A stretch of DNA of 63,473 nt, counting the filler. It is 7 parts of 7 records of this genome, joined end to end, with 100 filler letters (N's around TTAATTAATTAA, not from the genome) between each part and the next. Parts side by side here need not be neighbours in the genome. Positions count along the whole stretch, not along the records: positions 26,947 to 35,969 come from DRR723986_46410; positions 36,070 to 43,415 come from DRR723986_46507; 5 more parts are not named here. One strand, 5' to 3'. The notes under the pieces were generated by a model, which was not told where the DNA came from, searched no databases, and worked only from the letters and a program-made list of their open reading frames with translations. This document shows, in pieces, positions 31,542 through 42,047 of the stretch. Within the stretch, counting starts at the first letter, position 1, and each line of letters opens with the position of its first letter. The translations under genes and the position numbers were made by a program.

Positions 31542-33012
31542 CGAAGCGGCGCGCACGCTCGCCCGGAGCTATCAATCTGCTGCCGAAGAATTTGGTGACT
31601 TCCCGTGCATCGTCACACATTCTGGTCACTTATTACACCGCGACTTTTGGCGCATTAGTTTGGCCTTCGCAGAGAAGATCAGTGCGCTGGGGGTGCCTCG
31701 TGGGGCTCTCATCGCCCTGAATACCGCCGACATCGTAGTGTCGCTCGCGGTAATGATGGCAAGTTCCCTCCTGGGTCTGCGTTTGGTGGTGGCTAGTCAC
31801 ACCCTTGCAGGCTCCAAGTTGTTCAAACCAGATCTCTTCTTGAAGTCCCCGGAGGCAAAGGGCAGCACAAGAGTAGACTTCGAGGTGATTGATCAAAGCT
31901 GGTATCCGGGACAATCAGAGCCACTTGCGGATAACTTCGAGGGTCCTGAGGATCTTCACGCGGATTGGCTCTATCTCCATACCTCTGGGACGACCGGTCA
32001 ACCGAAGTATTTTGCTCTCAGCGAGCGGTGCGTTCTAGACCGCAGCAGGGCGGTGTCCTTCGACTTCCCGGAAGCCCAGATCACACTCGCAATGACCTAC
32101 AAAGTTGGCTCGCGTCCCTTCTATGCAAGAACCACAGCAGCCCTTTTGAATGGCTGCGCAATCGTGGAAGGCGCTGATCCGGAGTTTTGGGAAAGAAGTG
32201 GGGTGAATTTTGTTTGTGGATCGCCATCACAATTGTCCAAGATTCTGGAGCGCAGCAGCCTCTCCAGAAAATTGGAATGTGTTGAAACCGCAGGGGCGCC
32301 CCTAACCGATGAGATCGCGTTTGAGTGCCTCTCTCGCTTCGAGCGTGTTACGGACATCTATGGTGCGGGCGAAACCAACAAAACCTATGTCAATGTCGTT
32401 TCCCTTCAGTCTGATGGGCATCTCTCTCTCAGCGGCTTCGCGGTTCCAGGGAGCACTGTCGAGATTGTCGATGACACCGGCCGTGCACTGGAAACGGGAA
32501 AGATTGGCAAAGTGAGGGTCAGAAACAATCACATGATCTCAGGATATATCGGGCGTGATGCCAACCATGATTCACCTTTTCTGGATGGTTGGTTTTACCC
32601 AGGGGATTTGGGGTACATTGATCTTCAGGGCGCTCTTCATATTGTTGCACGTGACGATGATGTTCTCAATCTGGGTGGTTACAAGATCAATGCAAACTTA
32701 GTTGATGCAGTCGTGCGGTCGATTCCTGGGGTTAAAGATGCCATTAGTATCCGCAATCCGATCCCGGGGGCGGCGAACCCAGTTCTTATCTTCGCAGCCT
32801 TCAATCAGCATGATGATCCGGGCGCTCTCGCAGGGGTGATGGAGGACATCAGACAACGTTGCCAGGTCAACCTGAGCCTGGTTCTCGGGATTACCGCGAT
32901 CCGCGAGATTGATGAAGTTCCGTACAATGAGGCGGGAAAACCGAGCCGACGCGCTTGCGAAGCGATGGTTCTGGCTCGCGAGGGCACTCAGCGAGGACAC
33001 CGAGCGAAATGA
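31528..33012 (+). CDS. ANL/AMP-binding enzyme paralogue 2 (A3, A5, A7, A8 and A10 motifs intact)
   Basis: TSGTTGQPK, YGAGETN, GWFYPGDLG, RDDDVLNLGGYKI, PYNEAGKPSR. Confidence 0.87.
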   Translation: MLPVDEAARTLARSYQSAAEEFGDFPCIVTHSGHLLHRDFWRISLAFAEKISALGVPRGALIALNTADIVVSLAVMMASSLLGLRLVVASHTLAGSKLFKPDLFLKSPEAKGSTRVDFEVIDQSWYPGQSEPLADNFEGPEDLHADWLYLHTSGTTGQPKYFALSERCVLDRSRAVSFDFPEAQITLAMTYKVGSRPFYARTTAALLNGCAIVEGADPEFWERSGVNFVCGSPSQLSKILERSSLSRKLECVETAGAPLTDEIAFECLSRFERVTDIYGAGETNKTYVNVVSLQSDGHLSLSGFAVPGSTVEIVDDTGRALETGKIGKVRVRNNHMISGYIGRDANHDSPFLDGWFYPGDLGYIDLQGALHIVARDDDVLNLGGYKINANLVDAVVRSIPGVKDAISIRNPIPGAANPVLIFAAFNQHDDPGALAGVMEDIRQRCQVNLSLVLGITAIREIDEVPYNEAGKPSRRACEAMVLAREGTQRGHRAK

Positions 33013-34454
33013 CCGATCTATCATCAGGTGTCGCCGGGCTTTTTCGGAGTGTAGCCTCCCGGATACCAGATCACCCCGCCATCATCGCACCTGACATTAC
33101 AATCTCCTATGGGAAGCTTTGGCGGATTGCCCGCGGGTTTGCCCTCAGGATGTCTCAACTGGGGATTGATGATCGCTCAATCATTGCACTGCACTCGCAT
33201 GATATGATTGCAACTCTTGCGACCATGCTTGCTGCATCCATTCGCAACGCGGCATTGGTTTCATACGAACCTCGTCTGATCACCGACGCTGTCGTCAGGC
33301 CAACACACTTCCTTTGTACGCCGGACATGATAAAGCATGGCGGCGAAAATATGCATCTCATCAGCGCGGATTGGCCGCAAGCTGCCCCAGAAGATGAGAG
33401 TGAATTGGGTGACCACCCACCAGCGCTGCTGGACAAGCCCTGGTGGACCCTTCGTACCTCCGGAACAACAGGTACGCCAAAGTACATGATGATCTCGCAA
33501 CGCTGTGTCGTGGCTCGGTCGCGCGCTGTTTCACAAGATTTCAAGGAACAAGAGACGGTCATGACTTCCTTGTTCAGTTGTCATACACGTCCCTTCATGG
33601 TCCGTGCGACCGCCTCCCTGCTAAATGGGTGTACGATCGTCGACTCCGTCGATCCCCAATTTATGGCCAGCAATGACGTCAACCTCGTTTTCGGATCTCC
33701 CTCCAGTGCGATAGCGTGGCTTTCTGGCCGCGTCATTGCGCCACGAATGAAACGACTCCAGGTTAGCGGCGCGCCACTTTCGGATGCGGCTGCGAAAACG
33801 CTTCTCAGAAGCTTCGAAACTGTTGAAGACGTGTACGGTGCCAGCGAAACAAATAAGTCATTTGTAAACGTGAAATGTCTTGAGAACGGGGAAGTCGTAA
33901 CCTTCGGCGTCCCTCAGGACAGCGACGTTGAAATTGTCGATCCAACCGGCGCCGTCTGCCCAAAGGGGGTAACGGGCTCCGTGAGAGTGAGAAACAACTA
34001 TATGGCCTCAGGGTATATAGATGAGCCGGATGCGACCGCCAGATGCTTCATAGATGGATGGTTTGTACCAGGAGACATAGCCGAGTGGACTGAAAAGGGC
34101 GCATTGCGCGTAGCTGGGCGCATAGATAATGTCATCAACATCGGGGGAAGAAAGGTCGAAACCTCCCAAATCGAAAGAATACTCGAAGCGACCCAGGGCA
34201 TCATCGATGCAATCGCATTTGAGGATCCTGTTGATCGCGAAACCCCTGGCGTACTCGCCATGGTGCGTCTCTCGGATCGCGTTCATGCAGATGCCGTGAT
34301 AGCCGCTGCACGTCAGGCATGCCTGGAACAGCTCGGACCCGCGCTCGCGCCACGCTATATCTATGTGATGCAGTCCTTCCCAAAGACAGATGATGGAGTG
34401 ACTTCCAGAGCAGAAGCCGCAATGCTTGCTAGGTCTCTGCCTCGCCCAAAATGA
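33009..34454 (+). CDS. ANL/AMP-binding enzyme paralogue 3
   Basis: ATG 33009 overlaps the previous TGA; TSGTTGTPK, YGASETN, GWFVPGDIA, GRIDNVINIGGRKV; A10 PKTDDGVTSR (Lys to Val). Confidence 0.85.
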   Translation: MTDLSSGVAGLFRSVASRIPDHPAIIAPDITISYGKLWRIARGFALRMSQLGIDDRSIIALHSHDMIATLATMLAASIRNAALVSYEPRLITDAVVRPTHFLCTPDMIKHGGENMHLISADWPQAAPEDESELGDHPPALLDKPWWTLRTSGTTGTPKYMMISQRCVVARSRAVSQDFKEQETVMTSLFSCHTRPFMVRATASLLNGCTIVDSVDPQFMASNDVNLVFGSPSSAIAWLSGRVIAPRMKRLQVSGAPLSDAAAKTLLRSFETVEDVYGASETNKSFVNVKCLENGEVVTFGVPQDSDVEIVDPTGAVCPKGVTGSVRVRNNYMASGYIDEPDATARCFIDGWFVPGDIAEWTEKGALRVAGRIDNVINIGGRKVETSQIERILEATQGIIDAIAFEDPVDRETPGVLAMVRLSDRVHADAVIAAARQACLEQLGPALAPRYIYVMQSFPKTDDGVTSRAEAAMLARSLPRPK

Positions 34455-35929
34455 ATAAGTCAAGGCCATATGAGCCTTCAAATGAGAGCGACATGAACCC
34501 CGCATCCAAGCTATTTGACCTCGCATCCGCTGCACCTGAACGCATCGCACTCGAGTTTCCTGATCACGCATTTACCCTCGAAAATCTTGCTGCACTGGTG
34601 TCGTCCTTTGCCATGAAGATGAGAGACTGCGGTGTCGGTGGAGGAACACTTGTTGAAATTCGCAAGGGAGATGACTTGGTTAGGTTGGCCGTGTGTTTCG
34701 CAACGGCTGCCTTGGGGGCGAAACTGCTTGTTATTGACGAAGGATTGAACAATCCCGCCTCGCCTGAGGCGGAAATCTGCCTCACGACCGGACATATTCA
34801 TGACAGCGGCGAGAGTTTTCGAGGAAAGACCTTTGTAATCGACGAATCTTGGGCTCCCAAGTCCAGTTCTGAGCGGATGGCCCCCGAGGGGTCCATTGAG
34901 AGCGATGCCCCTTGGATTATTGCTTCTACGGTCTGGACCGTCGGACCGCCTAGGCTTCTCAGCATCTCACACAGACTGCTCGCGGCCCGGCTCCATACCG
35001 CTTCAGCAATCAGTCCGCGGGCAGGAAAGAGGATCTTTGCATTGCCAGGGATCGGACGCACTGCCCGCCTCATGGAGGCAATAAATTGCATCCTGGCTGG
35101 TGGGACTTGGATTGCTGAGGAAGATTCTAGCGTGCTTCGCGATGATGGTGCGCGTGTTGTCGTCGGAACGGCGCCTGATCTTCTTAGGTATGCAAGGCTT
35201 GCTGCGCCGCAGGCTCTTGGCCCTGCAGAACTAGCGACATCGTTTTTTCTTGATGCGGATATTTCGGCGATTTTAGATCAGTTTAAGTCCGTATCGGCTA
35301 CTGTCACACCGCTTGAGTTTGGCCCATTGTGTTGCCTGCCGATCAAGCATGGACGTGTCCTTGCGCGCTTCGATGAAGGATCGCTTGGAGAAACTGAAAT
35401 TCTGTTTGTTGATGGTGAAGGCTCAAGTGTTAAGCAGGGTCACACAGGCATTGCACTGATAAAAAGTCCCCACATGGCGGATATGCTGGACCCGAGTGAT
35501 CTTGAACAGACGTCAACCGAGCGTCAGGGTTTTCTTCCTCTACACAGAGTGGGTCGACGGCTGGACGACGGGAATATCGAGATAGGCCAGACGGCTCATT
35601 TCATCCAGATGGACACTGGGCAGATCGTTGACGCTGCGGAGGTGGAAGAGTCCTGTAGACTTGGCCACGACATCGTTGATGCCATAGCTTTTTTGAACCC
35701 AAAGGACGGAGCAGTAAAAGAGTTTTTCGCGTTCCTGAAGGCGGAAGAAGGCCGCAATCAGCTTCAGCTAATTGCCTCTGCAAAATACCATGTTGGAAAG
35801 CGTGTAGGAAAAGGTGCAGTCCCTCGAATCATTCAAGTCGTTGGCGACATTCCCCGCGACAGTTTTGGGCGCCCTGACCGCGAGGCCTGTGCGAAGTTCA
35901 TTTTGGAGGCTCGAGGGCGAAGCCGTTGA
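34451..35929 (+). CDS. Degenerate ANL-fold paralogue 4 (probable pseudo-enzyme)
   Basis: Collinear with paralogues 1-3 (VIDESW, DAIAF.NP, IPRDSFGRPDR) but P-loop reads STVWTVGPPR and the GD and GR.D motifs are lost; reading frame intact. Confidence 0.7.
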   Translation: MNKSRPYEPSNESDMNPASKLFDLASAAPERIALEFPDHAFTLENLAALVSSFAMKMRDCGVGGGTLVEIRKGDDLVRLAVCFATAALGAKLLVIDEGLNNPASPEAEICLTTGHIHDSGESFRGKTFVIDESWAPKSSSERMAPEGSIESDAPWIIASTVWTVGPPRLLSISHRLLAARLHTASAISPRAGKRIFALPGIGRTARLMEAINCILAGGTWIAEEDSSVLRDDGARVVVGTAPDLLRYARLAAPQALGPAELATSFFLDADISAILDQFKSVSATVTPLEFGPLCCLPIKHGRVLARFDEGSLGETEILFVDGEGSSVKQGHTGIALIKSPHMADMLDPSDLEQTSTERQGFLPLHRVGRRLDDGNIEIGQTAHFIQMDTGQIVDAAEVEESCRLGHDIVDAIAFLNPKDGAVKEFFAFLKAEEGRNQLQLIASAKYHVGKRVGKGAVPRIIQVVGDIPRDSFGRPDREACAKFILEARGRSR

Positions 35930-35969
35930 TAACACTTATGGAACGTCTGAAGAACCTCCCCATTTTGGC

Positions 35970-36069
35970 NNNNNNNNNNNNNNNNNNNNNNNNNNNNNNN
36001 NNNNNNNNNNNNNTTAATTAATTAANNNNNNNNNNNNNNNNNNNNNNNNNNNNNNNNNNNNNNNNNNNN
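35970..36069. other. Artificial contig spacer
   Basis: N44-TTAATTAATTAA-N44. Confidence 0.99.
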
Positions 36070-36283
36070 GCATGAGCAGTTCAAGCGCACCAGCTTGGTC
36101 TTGTTCTTCACGAACTATGATTTCAACTTTTTGCAACACCTTCAGACCCAATGGTAACCAGCTGTATATGCCGGCAGCCCCTTGGCGCACCATTCCAGCT
36201 CGCAGCATCAAACGATGAGATGCAATTTGAGCATCTGCGGGCGTTTCTTTTAAAGTCGGCAAAAAATATCGACTTAATCTCAT
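36070..36283 (-). CDS. proS: Proline--tRNA ligase, 5' part
   Basis: [31 protein letters not shown]...[10 protein letters not shown]. Confidence 0.95.
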
Positions 36284-36658
36284 ATCATGTCTACCCAATA
36301 ATCCACGGCGAACCCGCCAAACAAAGCATTGTTTTGAAGGCTGTAGCTTCTAAAGGCAATCTCTATTTCTTTGTGTAACAAATTTTCTTTCTGCATTACC
36401 GGCCTATTACCCAGAAAATAGACACAACATAATGTTTTACTAGCGCACAAAAAAATAGTTACCAATTCCAGGTTTCATCACAATGCGCACAACTCATGGT
36501 GACAAATCTGCCCTCTTTTCCCAACTATACTCAACAAATTGCCAACGCAATGACGTGGCCTATGCACAGGGCGGGCATACCACCATACAGAAATATTAAA
36601 TGTGGGTATTAAAAACAGGATTTTACGACCCTGTTTTAATGGATGTAGCAAAACTACT

Positions 36659-36904
36659 TTACGCCCGAAAACTAATTAAGTCAGACGCTGCCAAAAAATA
36701 ATAAGCGACCGTAATAATCAGCGCTATCACGCTGGTATATATTGCCTTTTTCTTCAAATTAGGGTTGGACGGTGCGCCAGAGTCAGCGCCCTCAACTCGC
36801 TCATCGTCCGATTCTTGTTGGTGTTTAACACCCACCGGCAGTGCTGCAAAAAATACAAGCCACCATATAACAACATAAATAAGAATTAATGTTACAAAAC
36901 TCAT
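36659..36904 (-). CDS. DUF1467 family membrane protein
   Basis: IYVVIWWLVFFAALPVGV...GADSGAP..PNLKKK; conserved position after mce. Confidence 0.85.
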   Translation of the reverse strand: MSFVTLILIYVVIWWLVFFAALPVGVKHQQESDDERVEGADSGAPSNPNLKKKAIYTSVIALIITVAYYFLAASDLISFRA

Positions 36905-36910
36905 TTGAGT

Positions 36911-37315
36911 TCACACCTGTTCAATTTCAACGAGAGTGCCGCAGAAGTCTTTGGGGTGCAAAAACAAAACGGGTTTGCCGTGCGCACCAATTTTTGGCTC
37001 GCTGCTGCCCAATATGCGCGCACCGTCAGCAATAAGTTTATCTCTGGCAGCATAGATATCGTCAACTTCGTAGCATATGTGATGCATGCCGCCGTCTTTG
37101 TTGCACTCAAGGAACTTAGCAATCGGAGAATCTTCACCTAACGGGTAAAGCAATTCAATTTTCGTGTTGGGGAGGTTGACAAAAACAGTGGTAACGCCAT
37201 GGTCAGGCAAATCATTTGGCGCAGACACAACAGCTCCTAACGTGTCCCGATACGTTGCACTGGCAGCTGCAAGATCAGGCACTACAATCGCGACATGATT
37301 TAATTTACCTATCAT
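36911..37315 (-). CDS. mce: Methylmalonyl-CoA epimerase
   Basis: LNHVAIVVPDL, GGMHHICYEV, FLHPKDFCGTLVEIEQ. Confidence 0.93.
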   Translation of the reverse strand: MIGKLNHVAIVVPDLAAASATYRDTLGAVVSAPNDLPDHGVTTVFVNLPNTKIELLYPLGEDSPIAKFLECNKDGGMHHICYEVDDIYAARDKLIADGARILGSSEPKIGAHGKPVLFLHPKDFCGTLVEIEQV

Positions 37316-37340
37316 AGCTATTCCTATCGTGTAATTTTGA

Positions 37341-39011
37341 TTATGCGTATTCTAACCGGGTTATCAAAACCGCTACACCGGGGTTTTTACCGAGCTCGGC
37401 TCTGCACATCCGGCGCATTCCTACTCTAACAGCTTCCTCAACCATATCATCATTCATACGGCGCTTGGGGGCCATTCGATCAACCGCTTGTTCGCAAACG
37501 TCTAATAACTGGTCATAGAAGATGTCAGGATACTGAGAAGGCAAACCCAACACAGCAAGCTGTGGATCGGCTGCAAGGTGGCTATCATCATCCAGTACAA
37601 TACTTGCCGTAATGAAGCCTTGTTGAGCAGAACGCCGCCGATCAGCCATTGAGGGGCTATCCGCCGGAATAACCTGTCCTCCATCTAAAATCATACGGCC
37701 TGTAGGCGCTTCATCTACTTTTTTAGCGCCAGACGTAGATATCTCAATGATATCGCCGTTTGCGGGAACAAGCGTATGATCTACGCCGCAAGATCTAGCT
37801 AATGATGCATGTGCAATTAGATGGCGAGCCTCACCATGAACAGGGATAGCCACTTTTGGTCTAACCCAGTCATACATATCTTTCAAATCAGGTTGTCCCG
37901 GGTGGCCCGAAACATGAACAAACGCATCTTTTTCGGTAATAACTTTTATATTATTTGAAACCAGTGTGTTGAAAAGCTGACCTAAAACTAGTTCATTGCC
38001 AGGAATTATTTTCGATGAAAAAATAACCGTGTCATCAGCCGCCAGTGTTAGATGTTTGTGATCATCGCGGGCTATTCTTGCTAAAGCCGCCCTATTCTCT
38101 CCCTGACAGCCAGTGCAGAGAATAAGCAGTTTATCTCTTGGAACATGGCTGGCATCTTCCTCGTCCAATACATCTGGAAAATCTTGCAGGTAACCTGTCG
38201 CTTTTGCGGCGTTAGTTATACGATGCATTGAACGTCCTAGCAAAACTATATGACGCCCGGTTGCACGCGCAACTTTGCCCGCTGTATCTAATCTCGCAAC
38301 GTTTGATGCAAAGGTTGTCAGCACAATTCTGCCATTTAACCCCTTACAAATCTTAATTAAACTATCGCGTACTGCCAGCTCTGAGCCAGCATTCTCTGGG
38401 TTAAAAACATTGGTTGAATCGCCGACCATTGCCAAAACACCCTTGTCGCCGATGGCTTTTAACTTATCGGACGGGCATACGGGCCCTATTAATGGATCGG
38501 GATCAAGTTTCCAATCGCCAGTATGGAAAACAACGCCCTGCCCGGTTTCTATAACCAGCCCATGACCCTCAGCAGTTGAGTGCGCTAATGCCAAGTATGT
38601 AATGGTGAATGGACCTAAATCGAATGGGCCGTCTTGCCCAACAATATGTAATTCAACGTCGTCTATCAGTCCCGCTTCAGCCAACTTGTCAGTGATAAGT
38701 GCTGCTGTGAAAGGCGTTGCATATATAGGGCAACCAAAACGACGCCAAATATGAGGGATAGCGCCAATATGATCCTCATGACCGTGGGTAACCACCAAAC
38801 CAACAAGATTATCTCTTTCGCGTTCAATGAATATTGGGTCTGGAAAGACTAAGTCCACCCCCGGGAAATGATCACCGGCAAAGGACATACCGCAGTCAAC
38901 CATCAACCATTTTCCCTTATGGGCGTATAGGTTTAAGTTCATCCCGATTTCGCCCGAACCACCTAAAGGCAGAAACAATAGGCGATCATCGCTTTTTTTC
39001 ATGTAAGGCAA
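37341..39011 (-). CDS. rnj: Ribonuclease J
   Basis: PLGGSGEIGMN, THGHEDHIGA, HTGDWK, HVSGH, PVHGE; start may be ATG 39002. Confidence 0.93.
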   Translation of the reverse strand: MPYMKKSDDRLLFLPLGGSGEIGMNLNLYAHKGKWLMVDCGMSFAGDHFPGVDLVFPDPIFIERERDNLVGLVVTHGHEDHIGAIPHIWRRFGCPIYATPFTAALITDKLAEAGLIDDVELHIVGQDGPFDLGPFTITYLALAHSTAEGHGLVIETGQGVVFHTGDWKLDPDPLIGPVCPSDKLKAIGDKGVLAMVGDSTNVFNPENAGSELAVRDSLIKICKGLNGRIVLTTFASNVARLDTAGKVARATGRHIVLLGRSMHRITNAAKATGYLQDFPDVLDEEDASHVPRDKLLILCTGCQGENRAALARIARDDHKHLTLAADDTVIFSSKIIPGNELVLGQLFNTLVSNNIKVITEKDAFVHVSGHPGQPDLKDMYDWVRPKVAIPVHGEARHLIAHASLARSCGVDHTLVPANGDIIEISTSGAKKVDEAPTGRMILDGGQVIPADSPSMADRRRSAQQGFITASIVLDDDSHLAADPQLAVLGLPSQYPDIFYDQLLDVCEQAVDRMAPKRRMNDDMVEEAVRVGMRRMCRAELGKNPGVAVLITRLEYA

Positions 39012-39785
39012 TTATGTATTCCGCTCATATATTAGGCGTAGGCCTTCAAGGGTTAATTCCCCCGCTACCTCATCAATCGCGTCGGTACGGTTAGCGAAAA
39101 TGGCTGCAAGGCCACCTGTCGCCAAAACTTTAAGCTCAGGACTGTGCTCGTCCTTCAAGCGCTGCACGAGGCCTTCAATCATGCTGGCATAGCCCCAGAA
39201 AATACCGAATTGCATCGCTTCCTGTGTTGTTTTGCCTGTTATATGCTTAGCTGAAGGCGCGGTTACCGCGATGCGCGGCAATTTGGCAGCCGCCTGATGC
39301 AAGGCTGACAAAGACAAATTTATGCCAGGGCAAATAAGACCGCCCAAATAGGCCCCATCAGCGCCGATTACATCAAAAGTTGTAGCCGTGCCAAAGTCAA
39401 CAACAACCAAGGGGCCGCCGTAAATATGGTCTGCAGCCACAGCATTAACCAAACGATCGGCCCCCACCTCGTGCGGGTTATCAACCAACACATTAATACC
39501 CAATTTTACTTCTGGAGTTCCTACAATCATTGGTGAGCAGTCAAAGTATGTCGTGCAAAGTTTTGATAAAGGCCACAAGACCTGTGGGACTACGCTTGCT
39601 ATAATCGCGCCGGTAACGTCAGATGCATCACGGTTGTGCAGCATCATAAGCTGGCTAATCCAAACCATATACTCATCAACCGTGCGCTGATCATCTGTTG
39701 ACAGTCGCCATTGCTGAACAATTTCACCGTTGTCTATAAGGGCAAAGACCGTATTGGTGTTGCCTGCATCAATTGCCAGTAGCAT
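39012..39785 (-). CDS. coaX: Type III pantothenate kinase
   Basis: LLAIDAGNTN, VGADRLVN, VVDFGTATTFD, ATGG. Confidence 0.93.
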   Translation of the reverse strand: MLLAIDAGNTNTVFALIDNGEIVQQWRLSTDDQRTVDEYMVWISQLMMLHNRDASDVTGAIIASVVPQVLWPLSKLCTTYFDCSPMIVGTPEVKLGINVLVDNPHEVGADRLVNAVAADHIYGGPLVVVDFGTATTFDVIGADGAYLGGLICPGINLSLSALHQAAAKLPRIAVTAPSAKHITGKTTQEAMQFGIFWGYASMIEGLVQRLKDEHSPELKVLATGGLAAIFANRTDAIDEVAGELTLEGLRLIYERNT

Positions 39786-39799
39786 ATGCGCTCTCTCGA

Positions 39800-40612
39800 T
39801 TATTCATTTGAAGGTGAAGCAAATACATCACCAGCATACAATTGCTTTTCAATACCATTGTCTAGTCGCAGAGATAAGCCGCCATCATCATTAAGGCCAA
39901 TCAATGTTGCGTGAAAAGTTTCATCATTAGTTTTGATTTCGCGGCGCATTCCCATTCCCCAAGCGTGAGCGCGCCATTCATTTATAATATCTTCAGCACC
40001 CTTGTGGTTCCGAGCATTTAGTCTTTTATTTAAAGCATGAGACAATACTTTAAACCCTGTCATTACACTTGGGGTACGGCCGACCTCATTGGCAATTGAC
40101 GTTGCAGGGAATTGAGCATCACTGGGAAAGTGCGCCAAGTTTAACCCAATACCCACAACAATATAGCCATTATGCAGACCCGGTGCTGCGCTGCTCTCTA
40201 TTAAAATACCGCTCGCTTTTTTCTCTGAGATCAACACATCATTAGGCCATTTGCACAAAACACTATTAGGAGAACAACCCAAGTTTAAAAAGGTATCCCT
40301 CACCGCAAGTGATATTAGAAATGGTAGTTTGGTTAACCCGACATCGTTCAGATGCGGCTTAAACAGGTAAGAACCATAGAAGTTACCGACAGGAGATGAC
40401 CAAACACGCCCTCGGCGGCCTCGTCCGGTTTTTTGCTCACCTGCCAAAAACCATTTAGGAACCTCAACACATTCTGCACCCGCCCTATTCGCTAAAATGT
40501 TAGTACTTTCGCATTCTGAATGGAATTCAACGCCGGTGCCGTTCGGCGCCAGCGAACTCCAATCAACACTCACTGCTAAGCTCACTGGAATAGCAGTGAA
40601 TTCGCGGCCCAT
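39800..40612 (-). CDS. birA: Biotin--[acetyl-CoA carboxylase] ligase
   Basis: [26 protein letters not shown]...KASGILIE; true start probably just after the nuoN stop. Confidence 0.92.
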   Translation of the reverse strand: MGREFTAIPVSLAVSVDWSSLAPNGTGVEFHSECESTNILANRAGAECVEVPKWFLAGEQKTGRGRRGRVWSSPVGNFYGSYLFKPHLNDVGLTKLPFLISLAVRDTFLNLGCSPNSVLCKWPNDVLISEKKASGILIESSAAPGLHNGYIVVGIGLNLAHFPSDAQFPATSIANEVGRTPSVMTGFKVLSHALNKRLNARNHKGAEDIINEWRAHAWGMGMRREIKTNDETFHATLIGLNDDGGLSLRLDNGIEKQLYAGDVFASPSNE

Positions 40613-42036
40613 GTCGCCGCTCCAGCAAGTGAAGAAATCAGTAAAAAGCTAACTGGGGAGTTTAATACGGCCGACGTACCAATGACAAAAGAAACAGCCC
40701 TGCCATGCCCGCCCTCAAAAGCACCACTAGGCTCGTCAAAGAACATCACTTTGATAATGCGCAAATAATAGTAGCAAGCCACTACACTGCTAAGGAATCC
40801 TATGATTGCGAGCGGAACCAAGCCAGCTTCAACCGCTGCGAGGAATATGTACCATTTACCGAAAAAGCCAGCGAGCAAAGGAATACCCGCAAGTGAAAAC
40901 ATAAAGATAGAAATGGCAACAGCCATAGGCAAATTGGTCTCAGAAAGCCCTGCCAAATCATCAATATTTTCCACCATACCATCACTTTTACGCATTGATA
41001 AGATGGCCGCAAATGTGCCCAAGGTCATTGTTAGGTATATTGCCAAGTAAATCAAAAGCGCTTCAACGCCAGCTTCTGTGCCCGCCGCTAATCCAACAAG
41101 GGCATATCCAATGTGCCCTATTGAACTATATGCCATCAGCCGTTTTATGTTGGTCTGTACTAACGCAACAAAGGCGCCAACCAGCATCGATGCAATTGAT
41201 ACAAATATAATGATCTGCTGCCATTCACCAACCATTCCGGGAAAGCCGTTAATCATCGCGCGAACCAAAAGTGCCATTGCTGCAACTTTTGGTGCCGCTG
41301 CAAAAAAGGCTGTTACAGGTGTTGGTGAGCCTTCATACACATCGGGTGTCCACATGTGAAACGGCACAGCAGAAACTTTAAATGCTAACCCTGAAAGCAA
41401 GAATACGAGGCCAACGATAATACCAATAGCTGGCGCTTCGTCGCCGCTTAAGCTGGTTGCCAGAACATCGAATTCTGTAGTGCCAGAGAAGCCATAAATA
41501 AGGGAAATTCCATAGAGCAACATACCCGATGATAACGCGCCCAGAACGAAATATTTCAAACCGGCCTCTGTGGACCGCAACCGGTCACGGTTCATGGCTG
41601 CAAGCACATACAAAGACAAGCTCTGAAGTTCCAAGCCTACATACAAACTCATTAGGTTATTGGCTGAAATCATAATCAGCATGCCAAGTGTCGCAAACAA
41701 TATCAAAATTGGATATTCGAACTTGGCAATTTTGTGTTCAGCCAAAAACTTACCAGAAATGAGCATCGCAACAGCACTGCCAACGTAAACCAATACTTTG
41801 GTAAACACAGCAAAAGCATCGGTTACAAACATATTGTTAAAAGTAACTTGTCGGTCGCCGCCAACTTCGCTGACCATGACAAAAGCGCAGACCAACAAAA
41901 GCGCGACAGACAAATTCGTCACCAAATTAAAGCTATCGTTGCCGCGGAAAACACCCAACATAAGCAATGCCATCGCTCCAATTGCCAAAATCAGTTCTGG
42001 CAGTGCTGGTAATAAAGCGGGAATTTCACCGTTCAT
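40582..42036 (-). CDS. nuoN: NADH-quinone oxidoreductase subunit N
   Basis: [40 protein letters not shown]. Confidence 0.96.
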   Translation of the reverse strand: MNGEIPALLPALPELILAIGAMALLMLGVFRGNDSFNLVTNLSVALLLVCAFVMVSEVGGDRQVTFNNMFVTDAFAVFTKVLVYVGSAVAMLISGKFLAEHKIAKFEYPILILFATLGMLIMISANNLMSLYVGLELQSLSLYVLAAMNRDRLRSTEAGLKYFVLGALSSGMLLYGISLIYGFSGTTEFDVLATSLSGDEAPAIGIIVGLVFLLSGLAFKVSAVPFHMWTPDVYEGSPTPVTAFFAAAPKVAAMALLVRAMINGFPGMVGEWQQIIIFVSIASMLVGAFVALVQTNIKRLMAYSSIGHIGYALVGLAAGTEAGVEALLIYLAIYLTMTLGTFAAILSMRKSDGMVENIDDLAGLSETNLPMAVAISIFMFSLAGIPLLAGFFGKWYIFLAAVEAGLVPLAIIGFLSSVVACYYYLRIIKVMFFDEPSGAFEGGHGRAVSFVIGTSAVLNSPVSFLLISSLAGAATWAANSLLFQ

Positions 42037-42047
42037 CGGTAAGCTCC

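Noticed and set aside
36911-37315. Two mce genes as a duplication
   Set aside because: They lie on different contigs from different phyla, each in its normal context.
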